Source: Clostridiaceae bacterium
Lineage (GTDB): Bacteria; Bacillota; Clostridia; Saccharofermentanales; DTU023
Assembly (NCBI GenBank): GCA_012798865.1
Contig: JAAZMK010000005.1
Coordinates: forward strand, 1 to 61,929
Length of the DNA: 61,929 nt
Reading direction: 5' to 3'
Part shown: positions 10,046 to 19,724 of the stretch, one piece after another
Numbering within the stretch: the first letter of the stretch is position 1
Layout: the number at the start of each line of letters is the position of its first letter
The notes under the pieces: model-generated
What the model was told of the DNA's origin: nothing
The model's database searches: none
What the model saw: the letters and a program-made list of their open reading frames with translations, nothing else
Position numbers and translations under genes: made by a program

Positions 10046-11059
10046 TCAGAGAACCTGAATCGTTAGTTTTGAAGAAGCGGCTCGTTGTTCGAGCGCCTCG
10101 ATTGTTATCGCTTCATTGACGGCGCCCGGCGATTCAAGAGCGAGCGACGCGGCAGCTTGAGAAAGACGCGCTGCATCGTCAAGCGTGTGACCCGATATCG
10201 TCGCCCATGCAAAGACGGCGCACATCGCGTCACCCGCTCCCGTCGTATTAATAATACTGGTCGTTTTCACAATACGTCCATCCACCTCTTTCTCGACCAC
10301 GCAATCGTATTGCGTCGCGACGGTCTGCCGCCCATCGGCAAACAGAGCGCCTTCTGCGCCGAGTGAAAGGCAAATTCGTTCAATCCCATTCGCAAGCAAT
10401 TGATGGATCGCTTTGACTGCGGCTTCAAAGCTCGCAATCCGATGTCCCGTTAAGTGCTCTGCCTCAATACGATTGAGCTTCATACCTGCGAGTCGATGGA
10501 AAACCGGCTTCAGCCGATCGACTTTTGCCTGAGAGACAGCATCCGCAAAGATCGGAATCTCCCATTCATTCGCTAAATGGACGATCACATTTTCCGGAAG
10601 ATTCGCATCAATTACCGCCGCACAAGGATGCATCGGTCGTGAATCAACTTCGCGGAATAAAGTAGAGGCAAGCGTGCACCAATTTTCAACATCGCGAGGT
10701 GCAAGCGACTCGATGGCTCTCATATCGTTGATGGCGGCAATCATATCGCCTGTTTCATCGTTGATGGCGATATAGCGTGAAGTCGAAAGATCTGATCTCA
10801 CAAGCACATGATCGAGCTCCAGGTTCGACTCGCGACCGATCGCGTCTAAAGCCAACCCGACGGAATCTTCCCCTCTTACGGACAAAAAATAAACGGGACG
10901 CGTGAGTAATGCGAGATTGCGTGCAATATTGAACGCGACGCCTCCCGCACGTTCTACAACATTCCCCGGTGTCGAATCGCTTAAATGAAAAGGTTGCCGA
11001 GCCGTCGCGATGAGGTCAAGATTTTGACCTCCCGCGACGAGCCAAATTGCATCCGACAT
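10046..11059 (-). CDS. psuK: PfkB-family carbohydrate kinase, probably pseudouridine kinase
   Basis: PfkB signatures (NIARNLA, TTGAGDAM). Directly upstream of psuG, as in the E. coli psuK-psuG arrangement. Confidence 0.7.
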   Translation of the reverse strand: MSDAIWLVAGGQNLDLIATARQPFHLSDSTPGNVVERAGGVAFNIARNLALLTRPVYFLSVRGEDSVGLALDAIGRESNLELDHVLVRSDLSTSRYIAINDETGDMIAAINDMRAIESLAPRDVENWCTLASTLFREVDSRPMHPCAAVIDANLPENVIVHLANEWEIPIFADAVSQAKVDRLKPVFHRLAGMKLNRIEAEHLTGHRIASFEAAVKAIHQLLANGIERICLSLGAEGALFADGRQTVATQYDCVVEKEVDGRIVKTTSIINTTGAGDAMCAVFAWATISGHTLDDAARLSQAAASLALESPGAVNEAITIEALEQRAASSKLTIQVL

Positions 11060-11062
11060 CTG

Positions 11063-11995
11063 TTACTGTCCTTTAAAGTAGGGCTGACCGACAGCTTTAG
11101 GCGGAGTCGACCGATCGACAAACACCATAAGAACGAGAAGTGTCAGCACATAGGGGAGCATCGCAAGAATCTGCGTAGGCAACCAAGGCGTACCGGCAAG
11201 GATGACGGTGAGCGCCTGAGCAAAACCGAACAATAGACACGCGAGTGTCGCACCGATAGGTCTCCAGTTTCCGAAGATAACGGCTGCCAATGCGATAAAT
11301 CCTTGACCGCTGATCACGCTAGGGGTAAACCTTCCGGCGATCGCGAGAGCCGTAACTCCGCCCCCAAGACCTGCCAGCACGCCTGAAAGCGTCGTGCAAA
11401 CGTAGCGAATGAGCGTGACGTTGACGCCGAGCGTATCGGCTGCGCCCGGATGTTCGCCGCATGCCCTGACACGCAATCCCGTCTTCGTTTTATAAAGAAC
11501 GAACCACACGACCAACGCGATCACGAACGCTAAGATCACCGTGAGATCGATTTCTGCGGACTGCAGCAGGCGTGAATTCGATTTATCGACACCCAACAGT
11601 TCCAAAACTTTCGGAATGCCTTTCGGAACGGTGTTCGACTGAGCGGCACCGTTAAACAAACGGCGCGTAATGAATGTCGCTATACCGAGTCCGACGAGAT
11701 TGAGCGCGATACCTGAAATAATCTGGTTGCCCTTAGCGGTCACAGCAATAAAAGCATGGATTAATGCCAAAAAGCCGCCGAAAACAGCACCCGCCAGGAG
11801 ACCCAACCAAGGGTTCGCCGCGAAAAAACCAACGATGGCAGCACCGCAAGCGCCGAACGCCATCATGCCCTCAAGTCCGATGTTGTCAACGCCGGAACGC
11901 TGTGTCAAAACGCCGCCGATCGCTGTAAAGATCAAAGGCGATGAGTACATGAGCGTAATGGAGATCGTCAGAACAATCGTGTTAAGAAATTCCAT
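11063..11995 (-). CDS. ABC importer permease (BMP/nucleoside type, second permease)
   Basis: 310-aa polytopic membrane protein typical of the nucleoside/simple-sugar ABC permease family. In an operon with the BMP binding protein. Confidence 0.85.
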   Translation of the reverse strand: MEFLNTIVLTISITLMYSSPLIFTAIGGVLTQRSGVDNIGLEGMMAFGACGAAIVGFFAANPWLGLLAGAVFGGFLALIHAFIAVTAKGNQIISGIALNLVGLGIATFITRRLFNGAAQSNTVPKGIPKVLELLGVDKSNSRLLQSAEIDLTVILAFVIALVVWFVLYKTKTGLRVRACGEHPGAADTLGVNVTLIRYVCTTLSGVLAGLGGGVTALAIAGRFTPSVISGQGFIALAAVIFGNWRPIGATLACLLFGFAQALTVILAGTPWLPTQILAMLPYVLTLLVLMVFVDRSTPPKAVGQPYFKGQ

Positions 11996-12000
11996 GGCGT

Positions 12001-13112
12001 TTACTCCTTCCTTTCAAGGCGTTCAGCAAGCCTCGGCAACGCGGGTGCCAGCGCAATGCATAGGACAAGCGTACCGATCATGATGTTGATAATCTCTGTC
12101 GGCGCTCTCATTCTCGACTGAATTTCGAGACCTCCGAACTTCAGAGCCGCATAGAGAAGACCCGCAAAAACGCAACCGATCGGATGATTGCTGGCGATCA
12201 GAGCGACGGATATGCCGTCCCATCCGTAACCCTCCGTTGTGCCTAGCATCGTAATGTAGTAGGACGTTGACATGACGAGCATCGCACCGCCGACGGCTGC
12301 CACACCGCCCGAGATAAACATGGACATCAGAGCGTTGCGTTTGACCGGCATGGCGGAAAATTCCGCGGCATAGCGGTTGTAGCCTACGGCGCGAAGCTCA
12401 TACCCAAGGCGCGTGTATTTGAGAATGAGCCAAAGAAGGAGCGCCGTGATGAGCATAATGATGATCGCATACCCGGCATCCGTCCTGATAAACGGTCTCA
12501 GGAACGGCGAGCTCTCACTAAGCGCTTGACCTTCTGCCGTTGTTCGGAAATCCCTGTGAAAGAAGTTGATCTTCGCCGTATCGAGGATTTCAGGTGAATG
12601 TTGTGAACCCGGCACTTTGACGCTCTTCATGTTCACGATAAAAATCATGAAGTAGTAAGCGATCCAGTTCAACATAATCGTAGAAATGACCTCGTGGATA
12701 TTGAACCGATTCTTCAGCCACGCCGCAAAACCGGCATAAAGACCACCCACAGCAAAAGCACATAGAATAATAAACAGGGGGTGAAGGATGGGCGGCATTG
12801 GAACATAGAAGCCGACAATCGCCCCCGTGATTTGTCCGAGAATAAACTGACCTTCCGCACCGATGTTAAATAATCCCGTACGTCCGGCAAATGCGACGGC
12901 GAGACCGGTCATGGCGATCGGCACCGAATCCACTATGACCTGCATGATGCGGTTCGTGCTGGAGAAGACACCGGTAAACATATAAGAAAAACCTTTGACC
13001 GGATCATAGCCCCCAGTGCAAGTGCAAGCGTGCCGATTATAAACCCGATGATCAGCGCTAGAACAACCGCAGCCATCGGTCTCCTTAGAGCTTTGGCTAA
13101 CCATGCCCTCAT
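12001..13112 (-). pseudogene. ABC importer permease (BMP/nucleoside type, first permease) with an apparent 1-nt frameshift in a G5 run (C5 on the + strand, 13010-13014)
   Basis: ATG 13112 overlaps the ATPase TGA (ATGA). It encodes MRAWLAKALRRPMAAVVLALIIGFIIGTLALALG (expected TM1), and then the frame dies. The long ORF frame resumes with GYDPVKGFSYMFTGVF. One extra G would join them. The track start at 13119 is a GTG in the wrong frame. Confidence 0.75.
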
Positions 13113-14641
13113 TGTCCACCTCCTGCCATCAGAAGCCCGATCGCCTGCTCATCCGTTTCCTCGGGATCGAGGTCCGCGACCATCGAACCGTTATAGATGA
13201 CATTGATACGATCGGCAATATCGAGTACTTCATCGAGTTCAAACGAAACGAGAAGCACAGCCCTGCCTTGGTCGCGCTGTTCGACGAGTGCGCTTCTCAC
13301 AAATTCAATCGCACCGACATCGAGTCCTCGTGTTGGTTGACATGCAATCAGGAGGTCCGGCTCCTGTTCAACCGTGCGAGCGACAATGACTTTTTGCTGA
13401 TTGCCTCCCGACAATTCCCTCACCGGTTGCATGGAACAATCCGCCGGACGAATATCGAATTCCTCAATCAGTCTTTCCGCATAATCATCGACTTTCTTCC
13501 AAGATATAAAAGGTCCGCGACCCGAAAAACGCTTTTCCTTATAGGTCTCAAGAATGAGGTTTTCTCCGACGTTAAATTCGAGCACAAGCCCTCGCTTGTG
13601 ACGATCCTCGTGGATTGTTTTGATGCCCGCGTTGTGTGTATCAATCGGCATCCCGTTCGCAATATCGACACCGTTAACGAGAATCTCGCCCGATTCGGAT
13701 TTTCTAAGCCCCGTGATGGCTTCGATCAGCTCCGTCTGCCCATTTCCGTCAACACCGGCGATGGCGAGAATTTCGCCGCGCCGCACATGCATTGAGAGGT
13801 CTCTCACCTGTGGAATGCCGCGGGCATCTTTAACCGTGAGATTGCGGATTTCCATGACTTTTTCACCGGGTTTTGCCTTGTCTTTAGCCGTTGTCAGCTT
13901 GACTTCGCGTCCGACCATCATGGAAGCGAGATCTTTTTCCGTAACGTCACTGACACGGACAGTGCCTACCAACTTACCACGCCTGATGACCGTGCAATCA
14001 TCGGCAGCGGCCATGATCTCCTTCAGCTTATGCGTAATGATGATGATCGTCTTGCCATCGGCGACGAGACTTCTCATCGTCACGATCAGACTATCAATTT
14101 CCTGCGGAGTGAGAACGGCCGTCGGTTCATCGAGAATCAGAATGTCAACGCCGCGGAACAGCGCTTTCAATATTTCGACGCGTTGTTGCGTCGCGACAGA
14201 AACGTCCATAATGACTTCCTCGGGATCGACCTCGAGCCCGTATTGTTTGCCGAAGTCGCGGATCATGTCATTCATCAAAGCATGATCAAGACGCCCGAGC
14301 GATTTTGTCGGCTCGCTCCCGAGCACAATGTTCTCAGCGATGGTCATATTTTCCACTAGCATGAAATGCTGGTGCACCATGCCGATGCCATGTGATATGG
14401 CTTGTTTCGGATTGCGAATGTCTACCGTCTCGCCGTCGATCTTAATCTCGCCTGCGTCGCCCGAATACAGACCGTACAGGATTTTCATCAAGGTTGATTT
14501 CCCCGCGCCGTTCTCTCCGAGCAGCGCATGTATCGTACCCGTGCGAACCCTGAGATCAACGTTGTCGAGTGCCTTGAAATGACCGAATGATTTTGAGATG
14601 CCGATCATTTCGACGGCAAACTCAGCTGAATCCTTCTTCAT
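13109..14641 (-). CDS. ABC importer ATPase with two nucleotide-binding domains
   Basis: Walker A GENGAGKST, a second NBD GVDGNGQTE, LSGGNQQK, DEPT/DEPTRGLD. 510 aa, typical of the CUT2/nucleoside type. Confidence 0.9.
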   Translation of the reverse strand: MKKDSAEFAVEMIGISKSFGHFKALDNVDLRVRTGTIHALLGENGAGKSTLMKILYGLYSGDAGEIKIDGETVDIRNPKQAISHGIGMVHQHFMLVENMTIAENIVLGSEPTKSLGRLDHALMNDMIRDFGKQYGLEVDPEEVIMDVSVATQQRVEILKALFRGVDILILDEPTAVLTPQEIDSLIVTMRSLVADGKTIIIITHKLKEIMAAADDCTVIRRGKLVGTVRVSDVTEKDLASMMVGREVKLTTAKDKAKPGEKVMEIRNLTVKDARGIPQVRDLSMHVRRGEILAIAGVDGNGQTELIEAITGLRKSESGEILVNGVDIANGMPIDTHNAGIKTIHEDRHKRGLVLEFNVGENLILETYKEKRFSGRGPFISWKKVDDYAERLIEEFDIRPADCSMQPVRELSGGNQQKVIVARTVEQEPDLLIACQPTRGLDVGAIEFVRSALVEQRDQGRAVLLVSFELDEVLDIADRINVIYNGSMVADLDPEETDEQAIGLLMAGGGQ

Positions 14642-14736
14642 GTTGTCTCTCCATAGCGAACGCCCGGATGCCCATTACGGAGCACCCGGGCAAGCTTTCA
14701 GCGAATGATATCAATCATCCATGAACGACGTGCTGA

Positions 14737-15792
14737 TTAATCGAGATTCGCTTTCCAAGCCTCGAATTCTTCAGCCGAGATCGGGCATTTGATCTCGCCC
14801 GCGATAATTTTCTTCTCGATCTCTTTCGTTTTGTCGAGGAGCTCTTTCGGGACGTGCTTGTCAGACGATGGCGCGATGCCGACTCCGCCCTCCTTCAGCC
14901 CAAAATAGAATGTCTTACCCCCGACGTCCTCACCATCGAGAACTTTCTTCGACAGCTCATAGACAGCTTGGTCGACGTTCTTCAGCGCCGATGTCAGCAC
15001 ATGGTCGGGAGCCAGAGCATTCTGGTCGAGGTCAACGCCGATAGCCCATTTATCAAGCTCTTTCGCCGCGGTAATCGCGCCGGAGCCAGCCTGACCGGCA
15101 GCGTGGTAGACGATGTCCGCGCCGTCCGAGTACATCTTCGTGGCGGTCGCCTTACCCTTCGCCGTATCGCCGAACGTGTCGATCGTCACGGCATCGACGC
15201 GGATCTCTTTCCCAAGCTCCCGTGCGGCATACTCAACACCGGCGAGATAACCGTACTGGAAGCGGAACATGACATCGCCTTCCATGCCGAGAATAAAGCC
15301 GACATGGTCAGTTTTCGTCATGTGACCGGCGATGTAGCCGACGAGGAACGACGATTCTTCAGAATGGAACATGGCGCCGACCGCATTCGGAAGCTCACCT
15401 TCCGCGTAGCCTTGGTCGACGATCGCAAAAAGACGGTCAGGATGCGCCTTCGACGCATCCGCAATCGCTTGGGCCATCATGAAGCCGATACCCCAAATGA
15501 CATCGGCACCCTCTTCAGACTTGCGGTCAAGGTTCGTCTTATAATCGGCTTCTTTCTCCGACTCAAGGAATGAAATTTCGACACCTTCTTTTTCCAGTCT
15601 CTCCATGCCGTTCCATGCTGACTGGTTAAAAGACTCGTCGTTGATGCCGCCGATGTCAGTAATCATCGCGACTTTCTTTCCTTTGTACTTCCCTGCGTCT
15701 ACACCTGGGTCGTCATCTTTCGGTCCACATCCGACCACGAAGGTCAGAACGAGAGCCATCACCAGAAGTAGGCAAAACAGTTTCCTTTTCAT
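14737..15792 (-). CDS. BMP-family (PnrA/Med-like) ABC substrate-binding lipoprotein, nucleoside-binding type
   Basis: Signal peptide with a lipobox (LTFVVGC). BMP-family blocks (ITDIGGINDESFNQSAWNG, FGDTAKGK). Confidence 0.9.
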   Translation of the reverse strand: MKRKLFCLLLVMALVLTFVVGCGPKDDDPGVDAGKYKGKKVAMITDIGGINDESFNQSAWNGMERLEKEGVEISFLESEKEADYKTNLDRKSEEGADVIWGIGFMMAQAIADASKAHPDRLFAIVDQGYAEGELPNAVGAMFHSEESSFLVGYIAGHMTKTDHVGFILGMEGDVMFRFQYGYLAGVEYAARELGKEIRVDAVTIDTFGDTAKGKATATKMYSDGADIVYHAAGQAGSGAITAAKELDKWAIGVDLDQNALAPDHVLTSALKNVDQAVYELSKKVLDGEDVGGKTFYFGLKEGGVGIAPSSDKHVPKELLDKTKEIEKKIIAGEIKCPISAEEFEAWKANLD

Positions 15793-15910
15793 TTTTTCCT
15801 CCTATTTTAGCTGCTGCCGCTGCTTCCGTTCGACCGGCTTTGCAAGCGGGTCCACCTATTTTAAAGACTCCGCAAATGAGAGTCATTTAAACATTACAAT
15901 CCATGCCGCC

Positions 15911-16357
15911 CTATTCCAACAGATAATCGAGATCTTCGGGTCCGAACGAATGCGGCAAAAGCGCATTCAAGCTCGACTCAAAGTATTCCGTAGGAGATGT
16001 TGCAACGAAGATAAGCAGTTCTCCGGAAGGAGGTAAAAATTCGCGAAGAACCTGGCGACAAATCCCGCACGGGTACGCTAAATCGAGATGCTCTAAATCG
16101 GCATTCTCCTCAGCGCCGACAACTGCGATGGCGATAAAAGACTTGGCGCCCTCAGACACGGCTTTGACCGCCGCTGTTCGCTCCGCGCATATGGTCGCGC
16201 CATACGATGCATTCTCTATATTCGCACCCCGGAAAATTCTGCCGTCAGTAGTCAAGATAGCTGCACCAACCTTAAAACGGGAATACGGGGCATAGCTATT
16301 CTCTCGTGCCAAAAAAGCCTCTTTGACTAGGCGTTGTTTCATCTCTTCTTTAATCAT
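15911..16357 (-). CDS. cdd: Cytidine deaminase
   Basis: CAERTA and PCGICRQ zinc motifs. Collinear with B. subtilis Cdd. Alternative ATG at 16342. Confidence 0.9.
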   Translation of the reverse strand: MIKEEMKQRLVKEAFLARENSYAPYSRFKVGAAILTTDGRIFRGANIENASYGATICAERTAAVKAVSEGAKSFIAIAVVGAEENADLEHLDLAYPCGICRQVLREFLPPSGELLIFVATSPTEYFESSLNALLPHSFGPEDLDYLLE

Positions 16358-16745
16358 CGTAAAGCAAACCTTTTTTCTTGACCGGAGAATGTGTTCGAAG
16401 GGCAAGGCGAATTCTTTCCGAAACGACCCGGCGCTTCCATATCATTCGTCTAATGAACGCCCTCATTTTACCATACTTTATAGGTTAATCCGACAAGTTG
16501 CGCCCTCTAATCCGCAAACAATTTATGTTTCAGTTTATGTTTCGACTTACCGTCACAAAATCTGATTTGTTCATAATGATTCTATTATTATCGAGGGCAC
16601 GAAAGATTTAGCTGACATCAAAACTAAAGCGCCATTTGAAAATATGCATGGAAACAACTTTAAAGAGCAGGTAGTAAAGACACCTACATTATCTCTAAGA
16701 GAAAGATAACAGACTCTAAAGCAAAAGAAAATCCCGTATGGTCGC

Positions 16746-18836
16746 CTAATGGTCAATCATTTGAAGCAACATGTAAACTGCCGGTCGATTGATCTCAATC
16801 CACCCGTCGTCGCCGTGCTGCTTTTCGAGTTTTTTTGCCTGATCCAGCCACGCATCAAAATATTCCTGCCCTGTTTCTGCTTCAAGTTTAAGCGCAGATT
16901 CCGGCGCCAGTTCATCCAAGATGATTCGCATGAGATGCCCTTTTAGTCCCGTCTGATCGCCGCGTAAGAATTCCGAGAAGATGTGTTGAAGCGTGCCGGC
17001 TTTGTCCGCCAACAATTGTTCATGTTCCTTCTTGTGTGCCTTCAGATAATCTCCCGGATTGGAGGAATCTTCAGGAGAAGACATGATGGTGTCAAACAAT
17101 GCGCTGATCATGGTATCGTAGGGCAAGGACCGGGAAACAAAGAACGTGCACTCTTCAATATCCGAATCCAAGACCTCCGCGAGCACAAACCACCCCGCCA
17201 TGTCGCAAGTGCCGGGGTAATAAGGATTGTTTGCCGGAACGACATCCATCATAAGGGTGGAGCCGTTAACGGTCACGTTCATAAGCTTAAACCTGTTAGA
17301 ACCGCTGACTGTTGTCACGTAGACGACCAACACCGTATGGTTGGCAAAGAAATCGTCATTATACGCGGCGGTTACCTCATTGAACGATGGCACTTCATCA
17401 TATCTGCCGCTAAACGACAGAACACCTTGGAACGTTGTCTTAAACTGTTCCAAGTCTGCCCTTGTATCAAACTTGTAGATCGGGTTATGCGGCGTCGAGT
17501 TGATTACAAATACGCCCGGATTCAAGCTCTCGGTCAAAATGCGGTCATCCTCCGTCCAACCTGCCCACGCCACATGTGAATTGGTCTCAATGAAGCGCGG
17601 TTCATTTTTCACGATTTTGATGGCATAGACCTTTTCCAACTGAGCAGGATAAGTTTCCAGTATGCCGCCATTGTACTCAATGACCACGGTATCGCCCACG
17701 TTCGGCACCGGGGATGCGGGCAGGAACTCCACAGGAACGAAGAAGCTGTCAGACGACGCCAGTTCCGCGGAGCCTTCAATCGGTTTTACCAACATGTTAC
17801 CGTTGTCGATGTCTGTAATGATCGCCGTCAGTGTCTTCGTAACAGCGTTCACATCGGTACGCGCAGCCGGCACTTCCCCCGAAGGACTTGACAGCGTCTT
17901 TTGGTTTGTTAAAAGGCATACTGCTAGGATCACACAGGCAACTACGGCGACGGCTATGATCCAAAAGGTCGGTTTCTTATAGTTCAATACGCCCTTCACC
18001 CTCTCCTTTATTCCCGTTTCGCCAAAAGCGAGCGGACAAGCGGTGATCCGCTTTTGCGGCAGACTGCAATCGAGAAGCGCCTGGGAGTACCTGACCATGC
18101 TTTCTTTGTCCATTTCCCGGATGACCTTTTCATCACAAGCCATTTCGATATCACGGCAAAGCAGTATATAGGCGACCCAGCACAACGGATTAAACCAGTA
18201 GATCGCCAGCAGAAGAAATCCGAGCGGTTTCCACCAATGGTCACGGCGCTGAATGTGCGCGCGCTCGTGGTGAATCACGCAGTCAAGCGTTTCCCCGGTT
18301 AGCGAGGAAGGCACATAGATCATCGGCTTGAACACGCCGAGGATAAAGGGCGCATGGATTTCATCGCACATCTTGATGTGATCCCCCAGAAGAATGGCGG
18401 TCGAAACCGTCCTTTTCAATCTTAAATAGCTTACCAAGGCATAGAGGAGCAAAGCGACAACTCCTGCGACCCATATGACCGCGACGAGAGGCAGGGCGAC
18501 CTGCAAGGGATTGCTGCTCACAACGGGAGCGGGCATTACTGAATCCGCAACGATCGGATTGACCGTATTCGTGACCGTTGTGATGCCTGAATGGTCGGCT
18601 GGGAACTGTGACAGAACAAGATCGGCAGGGATGGTCTCACGGCTTGAGATCAAGCTGAAGGCGCTTTCAATGGTAAACGGACAGACAAGCCGAATGGCGA
18701 CTAAAGCCCAAAGCAGACAGACTATCCATTTCGGCGCCTTCTTCAGCAGGGCGCGCGCCAGCACCACGGCGAGAATGAGCCAGCTTGCCGTGATGCTCAT
18801 ATTCAAGATCTTTAGAAATACTGCGCTCATGTTCAT
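16746..18836 (-). CDS. BlaR1/MecR1-like M56 peptidase signal transducer with a large non-PBP extracytoplasmic C-terminal region
   Basis: N-terminal TM helices and the HERAHIQRRDHWWK (HExxH) M56 motif. ATGA overlap with blaI. Confidence 0.8.
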   Translation of the reverse strand: MNMSAVFLKILNMSITASWLILAVVLARALLKKAPKWIVCLLWALVAIRLVCPFTIESAFSLISSRETIPADLVLSQFPADHSGITTVTNTVNPIVADSVMPAPVVSSNPLQVALPLVAVIWVAGVVALLLYALVSYLRLKRTVSTAILLGDHIKMCDEIHAPFILGVFKPMIYVPSSLTGETLDCVIHHERAHIQRRDHWWKPLGFLLLAIYWFNPLCWVAYILLCRDIEMACDEKVIREMDKESMVRYSQALLDCSLPQKRITACPLAFGETGIKERVKGVLNYKKPTFWIIAVAVVACVILAVCLLTNQKTLSSPSGEVPAARTDVNAVTKTLTAIITDIDNGNMLVKPIEGSAELASSDSFFVPVEFLPASPVPNVGDTVVIEYNGGILETYPAQLEKVYAIKIVKNEPRFIETNSHVAWAGWTEDDRILTESLNPGVFVINSTPHNPIYKFDTRADLEQFKTTFQGVLSFSGRYDEVPSFNEVTAAYNDDFFANHTVLVVYVTTVSGSNRFKLMNVTVNGSTLMMDVVPANNPYYPGTCDMAGWFVLAEVLDSDIEECTFFVSRSLPYDTMISALFDTIMSSPEDSSNPGDYLKAHKKEHEQLLADKAGTLQHIFSEFLRGDQTGLKGHLMRIILDELAPESALKLEAETGQEYFDAWLDQAKKLEKQHGDDGWIEINRPAVYMLLQMIDH

Positions 18837-19198
18837 TCCTCCTTCTTGAAGGTATCGATCATTCTTTGAATCTCATCCGCCTCTTGAACCGTCAGGTCAT
18901 TTCGGGAAATGAACGCTGAGACAAATGCAGGCAGAGAGCCTTGGTAGGAATCCTCGACAATCTGTTCGCTTTTCAGCGAATAGAATGCTTCGCGGGAGAT
19001 CAGGGAGGAAACGACGCCATCGACGTTTTGAAGCAGCCCTTTTTCACAGAGCTTGCGGAGCACCGTATAAGTCGTCGACTTTTTCCAGTTCAGTTCCTTC
19101 CTGCAAATCTTGACGAGTTCACCGGAACCGATCGGTTCATGTGCCCACACAATATCCGCGAACCGCTCCTGTACGGCACCAAGTTCAATGTCGATCAT
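18833..19198 (-). CDS. BlaI/MecI/CopY-family winged-helix repressor
   Basis: 121 aa. Typical N-terminal wHTH (WKKSTTYTVLRKLCEKGLL). Translationally coupled to the M56 gene. Confidence 0.85.
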   Translation of the reverse strand: MIDIELGAVQERFADIVWAHEPIGSGELVKICRKELNWKKSTTYTVLRKLCEKGLLQNVDGVVSSLISREAFYSLKSEQIVEDSYQGSLPAFVSAFISRNDLTVQEADEIQRMIDTFKKEE

Positions 19199-19566
19199 CT
19201 GAAACGCTCCTCTCGAAGGTCTATTTCGATAAACCTCACCTTAAGTTTACTCGGATAAACCCAATCTGTCAAGCGACTGACCGATCACGAGAATACTTTT
19301 CTATGACGGATTTCATCGAGTCTCGACGAAATCCGGTTTGAAAACATAATATAGCCCTGAAACAGAGATATGGGAGTGAGCGTTTCCGACAACCATTCTT
19401 TCGACTGAAAAACCTGCCTAAAACGAGAAAAATCACCAGCAAAAGAGCCTGCCCTGTGTCGGCTTACTCACATAGGATTACCGAAAAACTCGTAGTCAAA
19501 AATTGCAAATCTATGGGGCAGCAAGATGGTGAGAGTAACGGCTTTCATGGTTATCAACATGAATGA

Positions 19567-19606
19567 GGGTGTCTCAAATCACTCAATAAAGTGTTTTGAG
19601 ACACCC
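19567..19606 (-). terminator. Hairpin downstream of tRNA-Phe (12-bp stem)
   Basis: GGGTGTCTCAAA ... TTTGAGACACCC. On the minus strand it is followed by UCAUUCAUGUU, only moderately U-rich. Confidence 0.5.
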
Positions 19607-19613
19607 CCTGATT

Positions 19614-19689
<76 letters not shown>

Positions 19690-19724
19690 TTAAACAGTTG
19701 CCGGTTTTGAAACCGGCAACTGTT

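Noticed and set aside
12001-13119. Track ORF start (GTG 13119) for the first permease, giving the N-terminus MDNEGMVSQSSKETDGCGCSS
   Set aside because: That N-terminus is hydrophilic and Cys-rich, which is implausible for this permease family. It results from reading the wrong frame upstream of the homopolymer frameshift. The ATGA-coupled ATG at 13112 in the other frame encodes the expected TM helix.
13103-13795. 230-aa ORF on the + strand, opposite the ABC ATPase gene
   Set aside because: This is a shadow ORF, antisense to a gene with unmistakable Walker/ABC motifs. It has biased Arg/Ser/Leu-rich composition typical of GC-rich antisense frames and no SD.
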